In this document: piece by piece, positions 45,031 to 49,536 of the stretch | Position numbering within the stretch: the stretch's first letter is position 1 | Layout of the letters: the number at the start of each line of letters is the position of its first letter | NCBI RefSeq assembly: GCF_001194135.2 | Contig: NC_068981.1 | Location: 41,118,417 to 41,167,952, forward strand | Length of the DNA stretch: 49,536 bases | Source: Octopus bimaculoides | Taxonomy: Eukaryota | Direction of reading: 5' to 3' | Notes under the pieces: model-generated | Database searches by the model: none | Told to the model about the DNA's origin: nothing | Seen by the model: only the letters and a program-made list of their open reading frames with translations | Position numbers and translations under genes: made by a program

Positions 45031-45120
45031 CAGTGGCTCCCAACCATTTTTTGCCTAAGGACCCCTTTGATTCCTATTTTACAGGGGTGCTCCACCATTC
45101 GATGTGTATATATAAAAAAA
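45031..45120 (+). mobile_element. Left end of a hAT (Charlie-like) MITE, interrupted
   Basis: CAGTGGCTCCCAACC terminus preceded by ATCTGGAT; no right TIR found. Confidence 0.5.
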
Positions 45121-45138
45121 TCCTGCTGTATTTTTGTT

Positions 45139-45473
45139 GCCAGTACCACCTGACTGGCCATCGTAGGATTTTTGAGCGAGATTGTTGCCAGTGCCCCTGG
45201 ACTGGCTCTTGTGCGGGTGGCACATAAAATACACCATTTTGAGCATGGCCGTTGCCAGTACCGTCTGACTGGCCTTAGTGCCGGTGGCATGTAAAAAGCA
45301 CCCACTACACTCTCTGAGTGGTTGGCGTTAGGAGGGGCATCCAGCTGTAGAAACTCTGCCAAATCAGATTGGAGCCTGGTGTAGCTATCCGGTTTCACCA
45401 GTCCTCAGTCAAATCGTCCAACCCATGCTAGCATGGAAAGTGGACGTTAAACGATGATGATGATGATGATGAT
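45139..45473 (+). mobile_element. Young (GAT)n-tailed RTE-3'UTR repeat, three GCCAGT-N8-ACTGGC modules
   Basis: Hairpins at 45139-45158, 45187-45206 and 45254-45273; palindrome 45423-45436; (GAT)7 tail. Confidence 0.93.
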
Positions 45474-45570
45474 TACACTCTCACCTCACAACTCTATACT
45501 CATATAGCCACACATGTTAAGTTTTAGCTCATGTAATAATGGGAACTAAGACTTGTATGTATATGGATAT

Positions 45571-45601
<31 letters not shown>

Positions 45602-45612
45602 ATATATATATA
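45571..45612. repeat. (TG)12 microsatellite followed by TA-rich repeat
   Basis: Direct reading. Confidence 0.95.
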
Positions 45613-46163
45613 TTATTAAGAAATCTAATTTGGCGATATTTTTTCCTCTTAGCGGCTTTAATTGAACTAGTTCAATTCAAAGTCTACTTACATTATACAC
45701 TTGTGCTCTTGGAAAACTTGGTCCAAACAAAGTTATTCATGAGCTCTCAAGTCAGTTCTGTAACCAACCCGTATTTCTCTTCTATGCATGTACCACCTAT
45801 ATCCTGTCATCCTTCCTTCATCTATCCTCTGAATCATTATGCCTGAATGAAGTAGTGTTGCACACTAACAACCTTTACTCACCCACTCTCTCTAATTTTC
45901 CTGTCATCATGCTGTTGGACATATCCTCTTGAAGATATGCTTTAGATCCTTATCACTATCTTATCTCACCTTCTCTACCCACCCATATATAATACATCTC
46001 CAAACCCATACAAGGTATTCAAGCTACATTTGATGACCTTTTATGTCACTTTTTTTCAAGAATAGCTTGATGTATATTGGAGAAGAATCAACAACATTCT
46101 AGAGAAAAAAGATTACAGTTGTAGTTGAGAAAATGTTAGCTGCCATGGAAGACAGGAAACCAT

Positions 46164-47208
46164 ATGAATATTGAAAAAGACATATATATCATGATGATTC
46201 ATGTTGGGTATCAAATTGCCATCATTGTGATTGCTGCTCAAAGTTCTGTGAATACTGTAAAAGCTCTAAGATATAACATAGACAGCTGCAACAGAGGCTA
46301 CAAAGCCATGGCCAACAGGAAGGGATGCAATGGACACCAGAATTCATCCAACAACTGCAAGACAAGGTAATGGAAGATCTGTGCAAGGGAATTTAGGCTT
46401 TGGTAAAAGAGATGAGTGTTGAAGTCAAAACCATGACACTGATCTTGAATGAGGACCTTTGCTACTACTTGTATAAGAATCCCAAGGGAAAATTATGACA
46501 GTCAAAGCCAAGGAGAACAGCTTGAGGAAGGCAAAGGAGCTCCTGATCAAGCAGAGGCATCTTGTTGGGCTGAGGATGATCTGGTTCTTCTCAGATGAAA
46601 AGAACTCCTGCCAGGACCAGTTGCAAAACACCCAGAACAACAGTTCCCTCAAACTGTGAAGGTTTTTGTGTACATTTCCAGTGAGGGTGATGTCATGCCA
46701 CCCAATACTTTTGAAAAGGGCCTTAGGCTCAAATCAGACAGTGACGTGAAGCTGCTGGAGATGGTGTTCAAACCTTGGCTGAAGAAGGTCGCTGCTGGAA
46801 GACCATATGTGTAGCATTATGATTCAGCTTCTTGTCATACCTCTGGAAAGTATCAGAGAATTTTTATGACTTCACTAGTCTCACAATTTCTAGCCTCCTT
46901 ATTCCTTCAATTGTAATCCTGTGGATTACTATGTGTAGGGTGCAGTTGAGGAAGACACTAACCACTCTGCCTGCACCACCAAGGCCAAGCTGGTGCCCAA
47001 GATCAAGAAGGTGTTTGAAGATCTTCTTAGGGACACCAGGAGCTGTCTTAAGGCCTTGGTGGAAGCTGAAGGAAGCTACCTTGAGTAAACTATTCTCTCT
47101 TCTTAGCAATAATCTAGATATTTTTTTGATTTTTTAAAATACTTTCATTTTTGGATGGGATATTTATTTTCCTTTTATGCAAACTGTCAAATTTAACCCA
47201 AACACCTT
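46164..47208 (+). mobile_element. Decayed Tc1/mariner-superfamily transposon, maT (DD37D)-like transposase pseudogene
   Basis: TPEFIQQLQDKVMED (HTH region), WFFSDEK (46588-46599), N.QNN, FPQTV..F..ISSEGDVMPP, PWLKKVAAGRPYV*.YDSASCHTSGK, PP.S..CNPVDYYV*G, LKALVEAEGSYLE* (stop 47086-47088). Multiple stops and frameshifts; probable right TIR about 47180-47206. Confidence 0.85.
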
Positions 47209-47855
47209 TAGACAAAGAGTGCTTCAAAAATCTATGAGCTTGGCATATATCTTCAATCTTTCAGAACAGTAAACCTTTATTTTCAATGAGGGCTTCCATG
47301 TGCTTACTTGACTTGTTAGGAATAGTAGCTAAATCTCTCTCCACATCAAATCATATTATCTTTAAAAGAAAAGGAGAATACATTGGATAATATAATCTTA
47401 GATATGCAATGCTTGTGAGAACAGGGTGCAATCACCTAGGTTTAAAACTCTCTCTCTCATACACACACACATTTAACTGCAAAAATTGGATATTTTATGT
47501 ATTAAGTAAAACATTAATAAGTATATAACTGATTGAGCTAGAACACTTCCAAAGAGTTGTATGCACCTAGGTAATGTGTACAAAAGTTTATGGTTATTAT
47601 TATCAGCCTAATTGAGAAGATCTATAACCATTAGCACTTCAACTGTAACTATGCTGCCTAGTTTTCTGACTGTCCTTTTTTTTCTTTTAGATAGTAGTGT
47701 GTGATTTGAGGAACATCTGGAGTACATAGTCTTCCTCAGCTCGATTGCACAAGTCTGACCTATAAAGTGTGACTTGGCTGTACACAGTCACCTTTGTCGA
47801 CTGAATCAACTTCACAGTAGAGTCTTTCGTTACATTTAGTAGTAAATGATGTCAA

Positions 47856-48126
47856 CATCATCATCGTTTAATGTCCGCTTTCCATGCTAGCATGGGTTGG
47901 ACGATTTGACTGAGGACTGGTGAAACCGGATGGCAACACCAGGCTCCAATCTAATTTGGCAGAGTTTCTACAGCTGGATGCCCTTCCTAACGCCAACCAC
48001 TCAGAGAGTGTAGTGGGTGCTTTTACGTGTCACCCGCATGAAAACGGCCACGCTCGAAATGGTGTCTTTTATGTGCCACCCGCACAAGAGCCAGTCCAGG
48101 GGCACCGGCAACGATCTCGCTCGAAA
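47856..48126 (-). mobile_element. Young (GAT)n-tailed RTE-3'UTR repeat
   Basis: Reverse complement differs from 45297-45455 at 6 of about 160 positions by hand count. Confidence 0.93.
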
Positions 48127-48269
48127 ACTATTCAAAATTGCAAAAGAATCATAAACTTATTTTCTGGTGAAAAGAATAGGCAGTATCGATATGGAAGCTT
48201 GAAATCTCACTTTTATAGATAAAGCCAGTGCTGATGGAAGTAGTTACGCTGTTAACTTGTAGCAGACAC

Positions 48270-48960
48270 AAGGGTTATAAGATGGTGGTGGTGGTGATGT
48301 TATTGATGAAGATGATGATGAGAGGAATATTAATGGTGGTAACCATTGTGATGATAATGATAGAAATAGTGATGCAGAAAGGTAGAGAATGATGTTAATG
48401 AAAACAATTATTATAGTGGTGATAAGTGTAGAGCTGATGGTGGAGAAGTTAGTGTTTGTGATGTTGTTGGTGATAAGTGTGATAATGTTACCAGAGTGGA
48501 GATTAAAACTTGAGAACTAAATACCTTGATTATATATTTACTGGCAAATCAAGCAAAGTTCAAGATCAGATCAACTAATCATGTTTATAGTTGCCAGGTA
48601 TAAGACACAGAAGTACATCCAGACATAAATACACACATGTATGCAAACACATTTGCAGACACTGATGTGTGTGTACATACATATACATGCACATTCATTG
48701 TTTTATGTATATATAAATATATACACATGTTCATTAGACACGTTTGTATATCTGCATATTCACACACACACGCAATTATGTCCAGGTGTATCTGTGCATG
48801 ATGCATTGCTATGCATATCTGTAAGTTCACCTGAATATCTGAAGTACTATTTATGTTCATAGATAAGGTCCAGCAAAAATAAAAATACGTCAGCACACAT
48901 GCAGACACATGCTCATATATACACATCTACATAAGTAATGATGTATGTGTATGTGTGATT
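48270..48960. repeat. Degenerate low-complexity DNA: (GAT/GGT)n followed by CA/TG/TA-rich tract
   Basis: Direct reading; a similar TG/TA-rich tract lies at about 30330-30800. Confidence 0.75.
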
Positions 48961-49536
48961 AATGTGAGAAGACAACAAAACTGGATATCTACCTCATGGT
49001 TTATTTGAGCTGAAAAGTTAGAGGTAAGCAAGATTTAGAAAGTACATTATCACAGGAAATAAGAACCACCTCTGCCACCATTCTACAATCATCATCATCA
49101 TAATTAAATTTTTTCATGAACATTATTTTACCATTTATTCTTCTATATAGTCTGGTTTCAATTGAGTTGCATCAGCAGCTCGCAACTTTTCTTCACCTCT
49201 ATTGTTGAGCTCATGTAATTATGGATTTAAATATGGAATCAGTCTTATATTTATATCAAGCAACTAATAAAATGTTCACTAACATTTGAGCAGCAACACA
49301 AACACATGCAAACTTCTTTCCCCAACATATATCACCACCCCTTCTCTCTTTCACACACACATTTTTTCATTCTCTCTCTGTTTATTTTCTCTTATTCCTT
49401 TCTGTTGAAGAGCATAGGCTTGAAATGTAAAAGATTTCTTCATTTTCCTGAACATCAAACTAATACACCTGCTTATTGTTCATACACCTGTCTTCATCTT
49501 TTGTTTTTCTATAAATTTCAACTATATATATATATA

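Noticed and set aside
49140-49215. Short minus-strand frame HELNNRGEEKLRAADATQLKPDYIEE
   Set aside because: Closed by stops on both sides and lacks convincing splice sites

Overview
AT-rich eukaryotic DNA. The repeat content points to an octopod cephalopod (inference). There are three N gaps: 25101-25276, 26992-27001 and 41645-41732. The window holds the 3' part of one protein-coding gene, a KIF14-like kinesin-3 on the + strand. I traced 23 coding exons by hand from 292 to the TAG at 38510 (3057 nt, 1018 aa, every splice phase consistent). They encode the C-terminal half of the motor domain, neck and coiled coil, an FHA domain and a divergent helical tail; the 5' exons lie upstream of the window. 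Intron 3 (3787-4718) is a minor-spliceosome (U12-type) intron with rare AT-AA ends. The exon carrying its donor has a decayed tandem twin 140 bp upstream, which gives a U2-acceptor/U12-donor mutually exclusive exon layout. Introns and the 11 kb downstream are full of transposon debris. This includes RTE LINE fragments, whose (GAT)n-tailed 3' UTR is the commonest repeat here and carries tandem hairpin+pseudoknot modules, and a Penelope-like element with a GIY-YIG ORF, a tRNA-like box and a decayed hammerhead ribozyme. Also present are tRNA-derived SINEs, piggyBac and hAT MITEs, a mariner made of two inverted 5' ends, and a decayed maT-like transposase. No second host gene could be supported. 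All alignments and counts are by hand; no database searches were run.
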